The notes under the pieces: generated by a model
Seen by the model: the letters and a program-made list of their open reading frames with translations, nothing else
The model's database searches: none
Told to the model about the DNA's origin: nothing
Translations under genes and position numbers: made by a program
NCBI GenBank assembly: GCA_033791545.1
Contig: JASJGL010000159.1
Location: 18,298-82,297, forward strand
Direction: 5' to 3'
Length of the DNA: 64,000 nucleotides
From: Pseudodonghicola sp.
GTDB taxonomy: Bacteria > Pseudomonadota > Alphaproteobacteria > Rhodobacterales > Rhodobacteraceae
Part shown: piece after piece, positions 8,943-20,574 of the stretch
Layout of the letters: each line of letters begins with the position of its first letter
How positions within the stretch are numbered: the stretch's first letter is position 1

Positions 8943-9875
8943 ATGACCGAAAAACTGACGCCCCCGCGCTCCTTTCAGGAGATTATCCTGCGCTTGCAGT
9001 CCTATTGGGCGGCCAAAGGCTGCGCCGTGCTGCAGCCCTATGACATGGAGGTTGGCGCCGGCACCTTTCACCCCGCTACCACCCTGCGCGCGCTGGGGTC
9101 GAAATTCTGGGCGGCGGCCTATGTGCAACCGTCGCGTCGCCCGACCGACGGGCGCTATGGCGAAAACCCCAACCGGTTGCAGCATTATTACCAGTTTCAG
9201 GTGCTGATCAAACCCAGCCCGCCGGATCTGCAGGATCTGTATCTGGGCAGTCTCGAAGCCATCGGCATCGACATGGATCTGCACGATATCCGCTTTGTCG
9301 AGGACGACTGGGAAAGCCCGACGCTGGGCGCCTGGGGGCTGGGCTGGGAGGTCTGGTGCGACGGTATGGAAGTGTCGCAGTTCACCTATTTCCAGCAGGT
9401 CGGGGGCCATGACTGCAAACCGGTCTCGGGCGAACTGACCTATGGGCTGGAACGTCTGGCGATGTATGTGCTGGGCATCGATCACGTGATGGACATGCCC
9501 TATAACGACCCGCAGGCGCCGATCGCGTTGAAATATGGCGACGTGTTCCGCCAGACCGAACAGGAATACAGCCGCTTCAACTTTGACGTCGCCGAGACCG
9601 ATATGTTGCTGCGCCATTTCGAGGATGCCGAGGCCGAATGCGAGTCGATCCTGGCACATCCGCAGATTGACCCCAAGACCGGCAAGCGCATCATCATGGC
9701 GCATCCCGCCTATGATCAGTGCATCAAGGCCAGCCACCTGTTCAACCTTCTGGATGCGCGCGGCGTGATCTCGGTCACCGAACGGCAGGCCTATATCGGC
9801 CGGGTCCGGGCGCTGGCCAAGAAATGTGCCGATGCCTTTGTCTTGACCGAGGCCGGCGGGTACGTGGCGGCATGA
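8943..9875 (+). CDS. glyQ: Glycine--tRNA ligase alpha subunit
   Basis: [52 protein letters not shown]... is highly characteristic of GlyQ. Start trimmed to ATG 8943. Confidence 0.95.
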   Translation: MTEKLTPPRSFQEIILRLQSYWAAKGCAVLQPYDMEVGAGTFHPATTLRALGSKFWAAAYVQPSRRPTDGRYGENPNRLQHYYQFQVLIKPSPPDLQDLYLGSLEAIGIDMDLHDIRFVEDDWESPTLGAWGLGWEVWCDGMEVSQFTYFQQVGGHDCKPVSGELTYGLERLAMYVLGIDHVMDMPYNDPQAPIALKYGDVFRQTEQEYSRFNFDVAETDMLLRHFEDAEAECESILAHPQIDPKTGKRIIMAHPAYDQCIKASHLFNLLDARGVISVTERQAYIGRVRALAKKCADAFVLTEAGGYVAA

Positions 9876-10053
9876 CCCGCCCGGTCGGCATGGGCGCGAC
9901 CCTATCCGAACCCCGGCAGCAGGGTCTTGAACCGGCTCGCGCTCAGGTCGGTCGCGACAGGGATCATGGACAGGCTGTGCCGCAGCGCCTTTCCGTCTGC
10001 ATTCTGTCCGCCTGCCGTTTTCCGCAAGTGGCGCGCCGGACTGGAGAACTCTT

Positions 10054-10599
10054 ATGAACGGTAAACTGGTCGCCTCCCTGATCCTGCTCATCGCCCTCGT
10101 GGCGGGCGGCGCGATCTATTATCTCCAGATGTATGGCTATTATGACCGTGTCACTCCGACGCCCGGCCATGACGTGCTGCTTGTCGCCCGCAACAGCGAT
10201 GTCGCGGACCCCATCCCCTATGCCAATTTTCAGGCCATCGACGCGAACAGCTCTCCGATCCGCTATCGCGCCTGTTTCACCACCGACCTGAGCGCCGATA
10301 CCCTCGCTGCCACCTATGTCGAGCGGCAAGGCGGCGAGCCGCGCGTCGCGCCCGGCTGGTTCGACTGTTTTGACGCCGAGGCGATCGGCGCGGGGATCGA
10401 GGCCGGAACCATCCGCGTATTTCTGTCGCGCAAGAATATCGACTATGGCGTCGACCGCGTTGTCGGCATCAGCTCCGATGGCCACGGCTGGGCTTGGCAC
10501 GAGCTGAACGATTGCGGCCACAAGAACTATGACGGCACCCCGGTGGGGGAAGAATGCCCATCGCGGCCGCAGCCGGGGTCGACGGGGGCAGGGGGATGA
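10054..10599 (+). CDS. Hypothetical membrane-anchored protein located between glyQ and glyS
   Basis: N-terminal TM helix KLVASLILLIALVAGGAIYYL, then a soluble domain. Coding-like GC3 bias. I do not recognise a function. Confidence 0.65.
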   Translation: MNGKLVASLILLIALVAGGAIYYLQMYGYYDRVTPTPGHDVLLVARNSDVADPIPYANFQAIDANSSPIRYRACFTTDLSADTLAATYVERQGGEPRVAPGWFDCFDAEAIGAGIEAGTIRVFLSRKNIDYGVDRVVGISSDGHGWAWHELNDCGHKNYDGTPVGEECPSRPQPGSTGAGG

Positions 10600-10675
10600 G
10601 CCCGCTCTTGCCATTTGTGACCCGACGCTTGTATCCGCTGACCGACCGCCTCTCCCGAATACCCGAGGACATCCC

Positions 10676-12922
10676 ATGCCTGACCTTCTGATCGAACTGT
10701 TTTCCGAGGAAATCCCGGCCCGTATGCAGGCGCGCGCCGCCGAGGATCTGAAAAAGCGGATGACCGATGGTCTGGTCGAGGCGGGGCTGACCTATGCCGG
10801 GGCCGCCGCGTTCTCGACGCCGCGCCGCCTGACCCTGACGCTTGAGGGGCTGCTGGCCGAGTCGCCCACCCTGCGCGAGGAACGCAAGGGCCCCAAGGTC
10901 GGCGCGCCGGACAAGGCGATCGAAGGCTTCCTGCGTGGGGCCGGCCTGACCCGCGATCAACTGGAAGAGCGCGACACCCCAAAGGGCGCGATCTATTTCG
11001 CCAGCATCGAAAAGCCCGGTCGCCCCGCCGCCGAGATCGTGGCCGAGGTGCTCGAGGCGACCATCCGCAATTTCCCCTGGCCCAAATCCATGCGCTGGGG
11101 CACCGGCACCCTGCGCTGGGTGCGCCCGCTGCATTCGATCCTGTGCATCCTGAGCGATGAGGCCGGGGCGCAGGTGGTGCCACTGGATGTGGACGGCATC
11201 GTCGCCGGCGACAGCACCGAGGGCCACCGCTTCATGGCGCCGGGACGGTTTTCGGTTACCTCGTTCGACGATTACAACGCCCGGCTCAAACGCGCCCATG
11301 TGATCCTGTCGCCCCTTGAGCGCGCCGATCACATCTGGGCCGATGCCACCAACCGCGCCTTTGCCGCCGGTCTTGAGGTGGTCGAGGACAATGGGCTTTT
11401 GGCCGAGGTCGCCGGTCTGGTCGAATGCCCCGTGGTCTTGATGGGCGAGATTGGCGAGGATTTCCTCGACCTGCCGCCCGAGGTGCTGCAAACCTCGATG
11501 AAAGAACATCAGAAGTTCTTTTCGGTGCGCGATCCGAAATCGGGTCGCATCGTCAAATTCGTCACCGTCGCCAACCGCGAAACCACCGATCACGGCGCCA
11601 CCATTCTGGCTGGCAACCAAAAGGTGCTGGCGGCGCGGCTTTCAGATGCCAAGTTCTTCTGGGAAAACGATTTGCGGGTGGCGACATCCGACCTCACGGT
11701 CTGGACCCGAGCGTTGGAAAACGTGACCTTTCACAACCAACTCGGCAGCCAGGGCGAGCGTATCCGCCGCATCGCCGCACTGGCCCGTGATCTGGCCCCC
11801 GCCGTGGGCGCCGATCCAAGCGATGCGCAACAGGCGGCCGAGCTTGCCAAGGCCGACTTGTCGTCGGAAATGGTCTATGAATTCCCCGAACTTCAGGGCG
11901 TCATGGGGCGCTACTACATCGCTGCCGCCGGTCTGTCCGACCAGATCGCTGCCGTGGCAGAAGAGCATTACTCACCGCTCGGCCCGTCGGACGATGTGCC
12001 CACCGCGCCGCTTTCGGTCGCCGTGGCGCTGGCCGACAAGCTCGACACGTTGACCGGCTTCTGGGCGATCGACGAGAAACCCACCGGCTCCAAAGACCCC
12101 TTTGCCCTGCGCCGCGCCGCGCTGGGCGTGATCCGGCTGGTGCTGACCAATGACCTGCGGCTGCCGCTTGACCGCTATATCGACGGCCAGATCCTGCGCC
12201 ACAAGATCCAGCTCAACCATGATGCGGATGAGGCCCAGATCGCCGCCCTGCATGATATCAACGACGAGATCGCCGATCATGGCGTTTTCGGCGCAGCCTT
12301 GCGGACCGTGTTGGCGCGCTTTGACGCCAACCCCGAGGTGGATACCTCAGAGACGTCCCTGCTGCACAGCGTCGGCAACCTGATCCCCGATCTCTCAACC
12401 GACCTGATGGCGTTCCTGCACGACCGGCTCAAGGTCTATCTGCGCGATCAGGGCATCCGCCACGACGTAATCGACGCTTGTATCGCCATGCCGGGGCATG
12501 ACGACCTGAATCAATTGGTCAAACGCGCCACCGCTCTCGGCGCGGTGCTTCAGACCGAGGATGGCGAGAACCTGATCCAGGGCTTCAAGCGCGCCAACAA
12601 CATCCTGACCCAGGCCGAGGAAAAGGACGGGGTGGAATATTCCTTCGGGGCCGATGCCAAATTCGCCGAAACCGACAGCGAACGCGCCCTGTTTGCAGCG
12701 CTCGACGCCGCCCAGACCCAGATTGCCCCCGCGCTCGACTCTGAGGATTTCCCCGAGGCGATGGCCGCGATGGCGGCCCTGCGCGGTCCGATCGACGCCT
12801 TCTTTGACGAGGTGCAGGTCAATTCCGACAATGAAACCCTGCGCCGCAATCGTCTGAACCTGTTGCACCAGATCTGCACCACCTGCGGCAAGGTGGCCGA
12901 TCTGACCCTGATCGCGGGCTAA
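10676..12922 (+). CDS. glyS: Glycine--tRNA ligase beta subunit
   Basis: ORF 10529..12922 trimmed to ATG 10676 (MPDLLIELFSEEIPARMQ..., the canonical GlyS N-terminus). Confidence 0.95.
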   Translation: MPDLLIELFSEEIPARMQARAAEDLKKRMTDGLVEAGLTYAGAAAFSTPRRLTLTLEGLLAESPTLREERKGPKVGAPDKAIEGFLRGAGLTRDQLEERDTPKGAIYFASIEKPGRPAAEIVAEVLEATIRNFPWPKSMRWGTGTLRWVRPLHSILCILSDEAGAQVVPLDVDGIVAGDSTEGHRFMAPGRFSVTSFDDYNARLKRAHVILSPLERADHIWADATNRAFAAGLEVVEDNGLLAEVAGLVECPVVLMGEIGEDFLDLPPEVLQTSMKEHQKFFSVRDPKSGRIVKFVTVANRETTDHGATILAGNQKVLAARLSDAKFFWENDLRVATSDLTVWTRALENVTFHNQLGSQGERIRRIAALARDLAPAVGADPSDAQQAAELAKADLSSEMVYEFPELQGVMGRYYIAAAGLSDQIAAVAEEHYSPLGPSDDVPTAPLSVAVALADKLDTLTGFWAIDEKPTGSKDPFALRRAALGVIRLVLTNDLRLPLDRYIDGQILRHKIQLNHDADEAQIAALHDINDEIADHGVFGAALRTVLARFDANPEVDTSETSLLHSVGNLIPDLSTDLMAFLHDRLKVYLRDQGIRHDVIDACIAMPGHDDLNQLVKRATALGAVLQTEDGENLIQGFKRANNILTQAEEKDGVEYSFGADAKFAETDSERALFAALDAAQTQIAPALDSEDFPEAMAAMAALRGPIDAFFDEVQVNSDNETLRRNRLNLLHQICTTCGKVADLTLIAG

Positions 12923-13070
12923 GGCGCAGGCGGGCGGCGGGGGCCAGTTCCAACCTTGCCCCGGCCCCCTGCGGCCTCGTCTTCCGCGCCCTCTTCTGCA
13001 CCCTTTCCGTGCCGTCTTCCGCCTCGCCCCACCGGTTTTTCCTTTCGCTAAAAGTATCCTCGCCGAAGGC

Positions 13071-13101
13071 CGCGCCCCATTCGGGGCGCGTTCTTGCTTT
13101 T
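13071..13101 (+). terminator. Rho-independent terminator after glyS
   Basis: cgcgcccc-attc-ggggcgcg followed by ttcttgctttt. Confidence 0.7.
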
Positions 13102-13310
13102 GCGACTGTCAGTCCGAGCGCGGTGCGCGGCCGTTCCTTTCACCGGAAACGGGCACCTGGCACGAGCATCCTATACGGGCAGGCAGGGGCCAAAGCCGAC
13201 GCTCCCGCGCCCCAAGGCCCCATCATGCTGCGCCGACGCCGCTGCTGACCACTTTCCCTTGCGCGCGCCGCGCGCGGGCCTATGCTGCAAACATAGCGAT
13301 AGGTGCCGCA

Positions 13311-15860
13311 GTGCAGAATGATCTCCTCACCACCCTCGTCGCCGCCGATGCGCCGATTGACGCCGCCACCCATGGGGGGCGGGCCAAATGCCTGCAACGT
13401 CTGGTGCGGCTCAATCTGCCGGTGCCGCGCACCATCTCGCTCTCGTTCACGGCGGTCAAACGTATCGCTGCGGGCCAGATGCCCGATATCGATGCGGTGA
13501 ATGAACAGTTCGACGTCGGCGCGCTGCTTTGCGTACGCCCCTCGTCCGAGGATCCCGACTGGGGCGGTCCCGGTGCGGTGCTGAATATCGGCATGAACGA
13601 CGCGCAATACGAAAAACTGTCCGAAAGCCTGGGGCCCAAGGCCGCTGCCGTGCTCTATTCCCGATTTGTGCAGGGCTATGCCACCCATGTCGCGCGGCTT
13701 GATCCCGACCTGTTCGGCTTTGACCAGGATGAGGGCCCCAAGGGCCTGCAACGCATGCTGCGCACCTATGAGGACGAGGCCGACGAACCGTTCCCGCAGT
13801 CGCGCACCGACCAGCTCAGCGGCGTGTTGCGCTCCATGGCTCGCGCGTGGGAGGGGACATCGGCCCGCCTGTTGCGTCAGGCCAAGGGCGCGCCGGCCGA
13901 TGCCGGGCTCGGGCTTGTGGTGCAAGAGATGATCCCGGGGCTGGGACAGAGGGAATGCGGCTCGGGCGTGTTGCAACTGATCGATCCGATCACCGGGCTG
14001 CAACAGATCACGGGCCGCTATCTGAGCCAAAGTCAGGGGCGTGACGCGCTGGGGGCGGGGGCAGCCGCGCTCTATCTGGAGAAAGATCCGCGCGGCGCCT
14101 CGCTGGAAGAGCTCGCCCCGGAGGCGTTCGAGGCGCTTAAACGCGACGCCGCACTGATGCGCTGCAAACTGCGCGAAGAGATGCAGGTGGAATTCGTCAT
14201 TCAGGACGGCGCGGTGCATATCCTTGACGGGGTGCGGGTGCCGCGCAGCTCACGCGCGGCGGTGCGCATTGCGGTGCGTCTGGCCGAGGATGGCATCATT
14301 TCCCGGCAAGAGGCGGTGATGCGCATCGAGGCGAATTCACTGAACGAGTTGCTGCACCGTCAGGTTGCCCCGGACGCGGCCCGCGATGTGCTGGCCAATG
14401 GCATCGGCGCCAGCCCGGGCGCCGCCACCGGGCGCATCGTGTTCTCGGCCACCGCCGCGCAGGCCAGCGCCGCCCGGCGCGAAGCCTGCATTCTGGTGCG
14501 CCGTGAAACCGCGCCGGAGGATGTGCGCGGCATGCATGCCTCGGTCGGGGTTCTGACCGAAAAGGGCGGCATGACCAGCCACGCTGCTGTGATCGGGCGT
14601 GGGCTGGGCCTGCCCTGTATCGTCGGCGCGTCCGAGCTTGGCTTCAACACCCGCGACAAGATCCTCAAGGCGCCCGACGGGCGGGTGCTGCGCGAGGGCG
14701 ATATCATCACCATTGACGGCAGCTCGGGTCAGGTGCTGGCCGGTGAACCAGCGATGTTGGAGGCAACGCTCGACGATGCCTTTCAGACGCTGATGGGCTG
14801 GGCCGATGCGGCGCGCGATATCGGTGTGCGCGCCAACGCCGACACCCCCGCCGATGCCCAGACCGCGCGCAATTTCGAGGCCGAGGGCATCGGGCTGTGC
14901 CGGACCGAACACATGTTTTTCGACTCCGGTCGTCTGACCGTGATGCGCGAGATGATCTTTGCCGATACAAGTGCCGGGCGCGCCGGCGTTCTGGCGCGGC
15001 TGCTGCCGATGCAACGCGAGGATTTCATTCAGCTTTTCCGTATCATGGAAGGCCGCCCGGTCTGTATTCGCCTGTTTGATCCGCCGCTGCACGAATTCCT
15101 GCCCGCCAGCCGCTCTGGCCAGCGTGAACTGGCCGAGGCGCTGGACCTGCCGGTGTCCGACGTGACCCGCCGGATCGAGGCGATGGCGGAATACAACCCC
15201 ATGCTTGGTCTGCGCGGTGTGCGTCTTGGGGTCACCGTGCCCGAGATATATGAAATGCAGGCCCGCGCCATCTTCGAGGCGACGCTGGAGGCCAATCGCT
15301 CCGGGGCGCCGGTGGTGCCCGAGATCATGATCCCGCTGGTCTCGGCCAAGCGCGAGGTCGAGCTGATCAAGGCGCGGATCGACGCCGTCGCTGCCGCCGT
15401 GCGCTCCGAGCGTGGGCAGGAGTTCACCTTTCGGCTTGGTGTCATGGTCGAAACCCCGCGCGCCGCGTTGCGCGCGGCCGAGATCGCGCCCTATGTCTCC
15501 TTTCTCAGCTTTGGCACCAACGACCTGACGCAGATGACCTATGGTCTGTCGCGCGATGATGCCGGGCGGTTCATGTCCGATTATGTACGCAAGGGCGTCT
15601 TCCCCGAAGACCCGTTCCATGTGCTCGACATCGAAGGGGTGGGGGAGCTGTTGAAGCTCGGCGCCGAACGTGGTCGCGCCGCCAATCCGGCGTTGACGGT
15701 GTCCATTTGCGGCGAACACGGCGGCAACCCCGAATCAATCGCCTTTTGCCGCGAAGCCGGGTTCGATTACGTCTCCTGCTCGCCCTTCCGGGTGCCGGTG
15801 GCGCGTTTGGCCGCGGCGCAGCTCGCCATCGCCGCCGAATCCGGGTCAGATCGTGGTTAA
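13311..15860 (+). CDS. ppdK: Pyruvate, phosphate dikinase
   Basis: Phosphohistidine segment TEKGGMTSHAAVIGRGLGLPCIVGA. PEP-utilizer TIM-barrel motifs GLCRTEHMFF, SFGTNDLTQMT and CGEHGGNPESIAF. GTG start. Confidence 0.9.
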   Translation: MQNDLLTTLVAADAPIDAATHGGRAKCLQRLVRLNLPVPRTISLSFTAVKRIAAGQMPDIDAVNEQFDVGALLCVRPSSEDPDWGGPGAVLNIGMNDAQYEKLSESLGPKAAAVLYSRFVQGYATHVARLDPDLFGFDQDEGPKGLQRMLRTYEDEADEPFPQSRTDQLSGVLRSMARAWEGTSARLLRQAKGAPADAGLGLVVQEMIPGLGQRECGSGVLQLIDPITGLQQITGRYLSQSQGRDALGAGAAALYLEKDPRGASLEELAPEAFEALKRDAALMRCKLREEMQVEFVIQDGAVHILDGVRVPRSSRAAVRIAVRLAEDGIISRQEAVMRIEANSLNELLHRQVAPDAARDVLANGIGASPGAATGRIVFSATAAQASAARREACILVRRETAPEDVRGMHASVGVLTEKGGMTSHAAVIGRGLGLPCIVGASELGFNTRDKILKAPDGRVLREGDIITIDGSSGQVLAGEPAMLEATLDDAFQTLMGWADAARDIGVRANADTPADAQTARNFEAEGIGLCRTEHMFFDSGRLTVMREMIFADTSAGRAGVLARLLPMQREDFIQLFRIMEGRPVCIRLFDPPLHEFLPASRSGQRELAEALDLPVSDVTRRIEAMAEYNPMLGLRGVRLGVTVPEIYEMQARAIFEATLEANRSGAPVVPEIMIPLVSAKREVELIKARIDAVAAAVRSERGQEFTFRLGVMVETPRAALRAAEIAPYVSFLSFGTNDLTQMTYGLSRDDAGRFMSDYVRKGVFPEDPFHVLDIEGVGELLKLGAERGRAANPALTVSICGEHGGNPESIAFCREAGFDYVSCSPFRVPVARLAAAQLAIAAESGSDRG

Positions 15861-16046
15861 TCCCCTGTAAACATGTAGGCTTGAACGCCCCGCCCTGTGC
15901 GCCAGTAAGGCGCTTCCGGGGCGGTGCCGGGTTCGCAAAATGCCCGAATTCCGGGCTGAACTGGACTTTACAATCCATTTGGGCTAGGTGGCCCACTGCG
16001 CTTGCTGTGGGGAGGCTTGGCGCAATCAATGCGTTGTGGGGTTCCG

Positions 16047-16694
16047 ATGAAACAACTTCTGACCGCTGCCGCCGTGATTTGCACGGTGTTCTCTCCTTTG
16101 GCCGTACAGGCCGACACTGGCCTCCGGGGGCTTTTCCAGCGCGAGCAATCGACGCTCGATGCGGTTCCGGGAAGCCGGTTGAAATCGCTGCTCAACGTGT
16201 CGCGCCCGAAACGTGACACCGGCAAGCAGGCGCCGCTGGCCTTTTCCAAGTCCTGGCTCGATGAACAGCCGCAGGCCGAAGGCGGCGAAAACTGGGAATG
16301 CCTGTCCGAGGCGCTTTATTTCGAGGCCCGTGGCGAAACCGTCAAGGGCCAGTTCGCGGTGGCCGAGGTGATCATGAACCGGGTGAAAAGCACCCGTTTT
16401 CCCAACAGCCTTTGCGGTGTGATCCGTCAGGGCACCGGCAAGCGGTATCAGTGCCAGTTCACCTATACCTGCGACGGCCATGCCGAGGTGATCTCTGAAC
16501 CCAAGGCGTTTGAACGCGTCTCCAAAGTCGCGCGCGCGGTGATGGACGGGCGCGCCGAGGATCTGACCAAGGGCGCCACCTATTACCACACCACGGCAGT
16601 GAAACCGCGTTGGGCCCGGGTCTTTGAGCAGACCGCGCGGATCGGGGTCCATATCTTTTATCGCAATAACGTCCGGACCGCCTCGTCCGACTAG
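16047..16694 (+). CDS. SleB-family cell wall hydrolase, secreted
   Basis: Trimmed to ATG 16047 (MKQLLTAAAVICTVFSPLAVQA, a signal peptide). Hydrolase_2-like core: CLSEALYFEARGE...AVAEVIMNRV...YYHT. Confidence 0.8.
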   Translation: MKQLLTAAAVICTVFSPLAVQADTGLRGLFQREQSTLDAVPGSRLKSLLNVSRPKRDTGKQAPLAFSKSWLDEQPQAEGGENWECLSEALYFEARGETVKGQFAVAEVIMNRVKSTRFPNSLCGVIRQGTGKRYQCQFTYTCDGHAEVISEPKAFERVSKVARAVMDGRAEDLTKGATYYHTTAVKPRWARVFEQTARIGVHIFYRNNVRTASSD

Positions 16695-16826
16695 GCTGAC
16701 GGAGGGACGGGCCGACCTTAGCGCACGCCGTTTTCCGCGTCTGGTGCGGCGCCTACGGGCCTGTTACAAGGCGGCGCACAGCCTATACCCCGGGCTGATA
16801 CCGCCCCGGACCAAAGGCCAAAGCTT

Positions 16827-17750
16827 ATGACCACCGAAATCCGTCTCGCCTTCGCACACCCTTCGGAGCGGGCTGCGGCCACCGCGCCACGCGGGCCGCT
16901 TGACCGCATCTCGGTGCGCGACCATGTGGTCGAGGTCGAGATTGGCGCGTTTCAGGCTGAACGTGGCACCACCCAGCGGGTCTGTTTCAATGTCGTGGTC
17001 GAGGTCGAGCCGCTCACCGGCCCGATCGACGATGATGTCGACCGCATCCTGTCCTATGACCGGGTGACCGAGGCGATCGAACATGAACTGGCCGACGAGC
17101 GGCTGAACCTGCTTGAAACCCTCGCCGAACGCATTGCCGAGCGTATCTTGCTGGAACCACAGGCAATCCGTGCCTTTGTGCGTGTTGAAAAACTTGACCG
17201 TGGCCCCGGTGCCTTGGGGGTCGAGATCGTGCGCGCCCGCACCCAGACCGCGCATGGCCCGCTGGTCGAAGATGACCGCCCACATCCGCGGCTGGTCTAT
17301 CTCTCCAATGCGGCCGTCGCCTCTCAGAACCTGTCCGGTTGGCTCGACCAGTTGGAACAGGGCGACTGCCCGCTTGTGCTTTGCGTCGGGGCGCCTGATC
17401 TGCCCACGCCGCGCACCGGCCATCGCATGACCCAGCGCCGCATCGACCTTTTGGCGATTGAGCAAAACGCATGGGTGCTGGCCGCCCGCGATCCGCGCTG
17501 TGTCGTGGTCGAAACCCGGACTGAGCTTGACTGGGCCATGAAGCATGGTCAGATCAGCGTTTGGGCGCCGTCAAAGATCGTGCTCGACGCGGTCGATGGC
17601 CCCACCGCCCAGCCCGGCGACGGGGTGGCATTGGCGACATGGTTCGCCACCAGTTTTACCGCCAAGGAAATGCTGGTGATCGGGGCCGCATTGCCCGCCG
17701 ATCCCGGTCTGCCATTGCGCGGTGCCTCGGTCGAACAGCAAACCCTATGA
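16827..17750 (+). CDS. folB: Dihydroneopterin aldolase (FolB) domain fused to an uncharacterised C-terminal domain of about 180 aa
   Basis: The N-terminal roughly 120 aa (ISVRDHVVEVEIGAFQAERGTTQRVCFNVVVEV...DRILSYDRVTEAIEHEL...VRVEKL) match the FolB pattern. The remainder has no motif I recognise. Confidence 0.75.
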   Translation: MTTEIRLAFAHPSERAAATAPRGPLDRISVRDHVVEVEIGAFQAERGTTQRVCFNVVVEVEPLTGPIDDDVDRILSYDRVTEAIEHELADERLNLLETLAERIAERILLEPQAIRAFVRVEKLDRGPGALGVEIVRARTQTAHGPLVEDDRPHPRLVYLSNAAVASQNLSGWLDQLEQGDCPLVLCVGAPDLPTPRTGHRMTQRRIDLLAIEQNAWVLAARDPRCVVVETRTELDWAMKHGQISVWAPSKIVLDAVDGPTAQPGDGVALATWFATSFTAKEMLVIGAALPADPGLPLRGASVEQQTL

Positions 17751-18748
17751 CCTTCTACTATCGCCCGTTGGTTCAGCATGGGGCAGCGCGCCCCGACGAT
17801 GCGCTGCCCTTGGCTGGCGGCCCGCTTTGGTTCACCCATGTCGAGGCCTTGGCGCGCGGGCAGGGCGCGCGTGTAATTCCGGCTTGGGAGGTGCCCGATC
17901 ACGATCTCGAACCGCTAATCGCCCCGCGTGCCCCGGTGGCCGCGCTGCCAATCGAGCGGCCCGCGATCATGGGCATCCTCAACACCACGCCGGACAGCTT
18001 TTCCGATGGCGGCAAACATCACGCCGCCGAGGCCGCGCTTGCCGGTGCGCGCGCCATGATCGACGCCGGGGCCGACATTCTTGATATCGGCGGTGAATCC
18101 ACCCGCCCCGGTGCCGCCGAGGTGCGCGCCGACGCCGAAATTGCCCGCACCGCGCCGGTGATCGCCGCGATCCGCCGCGACAGCGCGATCCCGATTTCCA
18201 TCGACACGCGCAAGGCCGCGGTCGCGCGCGCCGCGCTCGACGCCGGGGCCGATCTGGTCAACGATGTGGCGGGCTTCACCTTTGACGCCGATCTTGCGCC
18301 GCTGTGTGCCGAGCGGGCGGTTCCGGTCTGCGTCATGCATTCGCAGGGCGACCCCGAAACCATGCAGCAGGACCCGCAGTACGATAACGTGCTGCTCGAC
18401 GTTTACGATTTCCTTGCCGAACGCATCGCGGTGTTGGAGCGGCAGGGCATTGCGCGCGCCCGCATCGTCACCGATCCCGGCATCGGCTTTGGCAAGACGC
18501 GCGACCACAACCTGACCCTGCTGCGCGGTCTCTCCCTGTTCCACGGGCTTGGCTGCCCCATCCTGCTTGGTGTGTCGCGCAAGAAGTTCATCGGGACCAT
18601 CGGGCAGGAACCCCGCCCCGAGGCCCGCGCGCCCGGCTCTATCGCCGTGGGGCTTGCCGGGCTGGCGCAGGGGGTGCAGATCCTGCGCGTGCATGACGTG
18701 CGTGAGACAGTCCAAGCACAACGCCTGTGGCTGGCCGCGCGAGGGTAG
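17747..18748 (+). CDS. folP: Dihydropteroate synthase
   Basis: ORF 17561..18748 trimmed to ATG 17747, which overlaps the folB stop as ATGA. Motifs: IMGILNTTPDSFSDGG, DIGGESTRPG, DPGIGFGK. Confidence 0.92.
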   Translation: MTFYYRPLVQHGAARPDDALPLAGGPLWFTHVEALARGQGARVIPAWEVPDHDLEPLIAPRAPVAALPIERPAIMGILNTTPDSFSDGGKHHAAEAALAGARAMIDAGADILDIGGESTRPGAAEVRADAEIARTAPVIAAIRRDSAIPISIDTRKAAVARAALDAGADLVNDVAGFTFDADLAPLCAERAVPVCVMHSQGDPETMQQDPQYDNVLLDVYDFLAERIAVLERQGIARARIVTDPGIGFGKTRDHNLTLLRGLSLFHGLGCPILLGVSRKKFIGTIGQEPRPEARAPGSIAVGLAGLAQGVQILRVHDVRETVQAQRLWLAARG

Positions 18749-18871
18749 GACGCGCCGAGGCTCGACCAGAGTAATCCCCAGCGCACACAGGGCCGGAGCC
18801 GTTCCGCTTCGGGCGCGGATCATCATGTATTTTCGACGCGTTTTCAGGGGCCTGTCGCATCAAGCGCATCT

Positions 18872-18910
18872 GAAACGAGAGAGGGGCCCCGGCTGCATGC
18901 CGAGGCCCCC
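18872..18910 (-). terminator. Probable terminator hairpin downstream of ilvC
   Basis: GC-rich stem ggggccccggc / gccgaggcccc. On the minus strand it is followed by TCTCTCGTTTC. Confidence 0.45.
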
Positions 18911-18963
18911 TGTCTATGCGGCGAGGACGCGGAGCTTGCCCCGCGCCGCTTGGTTTTCGGCGC

Positions 18964-20043
<1,080 letters not shown>

Positions 20044-20100
20044 TCAGCACCGGAATTTGATTCCTTTTTAGGTTCTGTTAGAAAACGTTTCGCAAACTAG

Positions 20101-20574
20101 ATGAATCGCGGGAAATTCATGCTCGATGACACGGACAGGCGCCTGTTGCGCCATCTTCAGGCCGATCCGGCGCAATCCGTGGCCGAACTTGCCCGCGCCT
20201 CGGGCGTGGCGGCAAGCAAGGCCTACAAGCGGCTGGAGCGGTTGCAGGCCATGGGCGTTCTCAAGGGGCAGCGCGCGGTGATCGACTGGCGCGCGCTGGG
20301 TTACGTGGTCGAGGTGTCGTTGCGCGTCAGTCTCGACAAGACCGAGTCGCGCGCCTTTGACGAATTCATCGCCGCGGCCCGCGCGGTGCCGGAAGTGTCC
20401 GAGATCCAGACCTTTCTGGGCCGGGTCGATGTGCGCTTGACGGTGCTGGCGCGCAGTATGCAGCATTACCAAGAGGTCTATCGCGGCCGTATTCTGACCC
20501 TGCCGCATATCGTGGATGTCGAGGCGCTGATGCATGTTTCGACCATCAAGGATGTGGAGGCCCTGCCACTGTGA
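20101..20574 (+). CDS. Lrp/AsnC family transcriptional regulator (first of an overlapping pair)
   Basis: LDDTDRRLLRHLQADPAQSVAELARASGVAASKAYKRLERLQAMGVL forms the HTH, followed by a RAM-like C-terminal domain. An alternative start exists at ATG 20119. Confidence 0.85.
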   Translation: MNRGKFMLDDTDRRLLRHLQADPAQSVAELARASGVAASKAYKRLERLQAMGVLKGQRAVIDWRALGYVVEVSLRVSLDKTESRAFDEFIAAARAVPEVSEIQTFLGRVDVRLTVLARSMQHYQEVYRGRILTLPHIVDVEALMHVSTIKDVEALPL

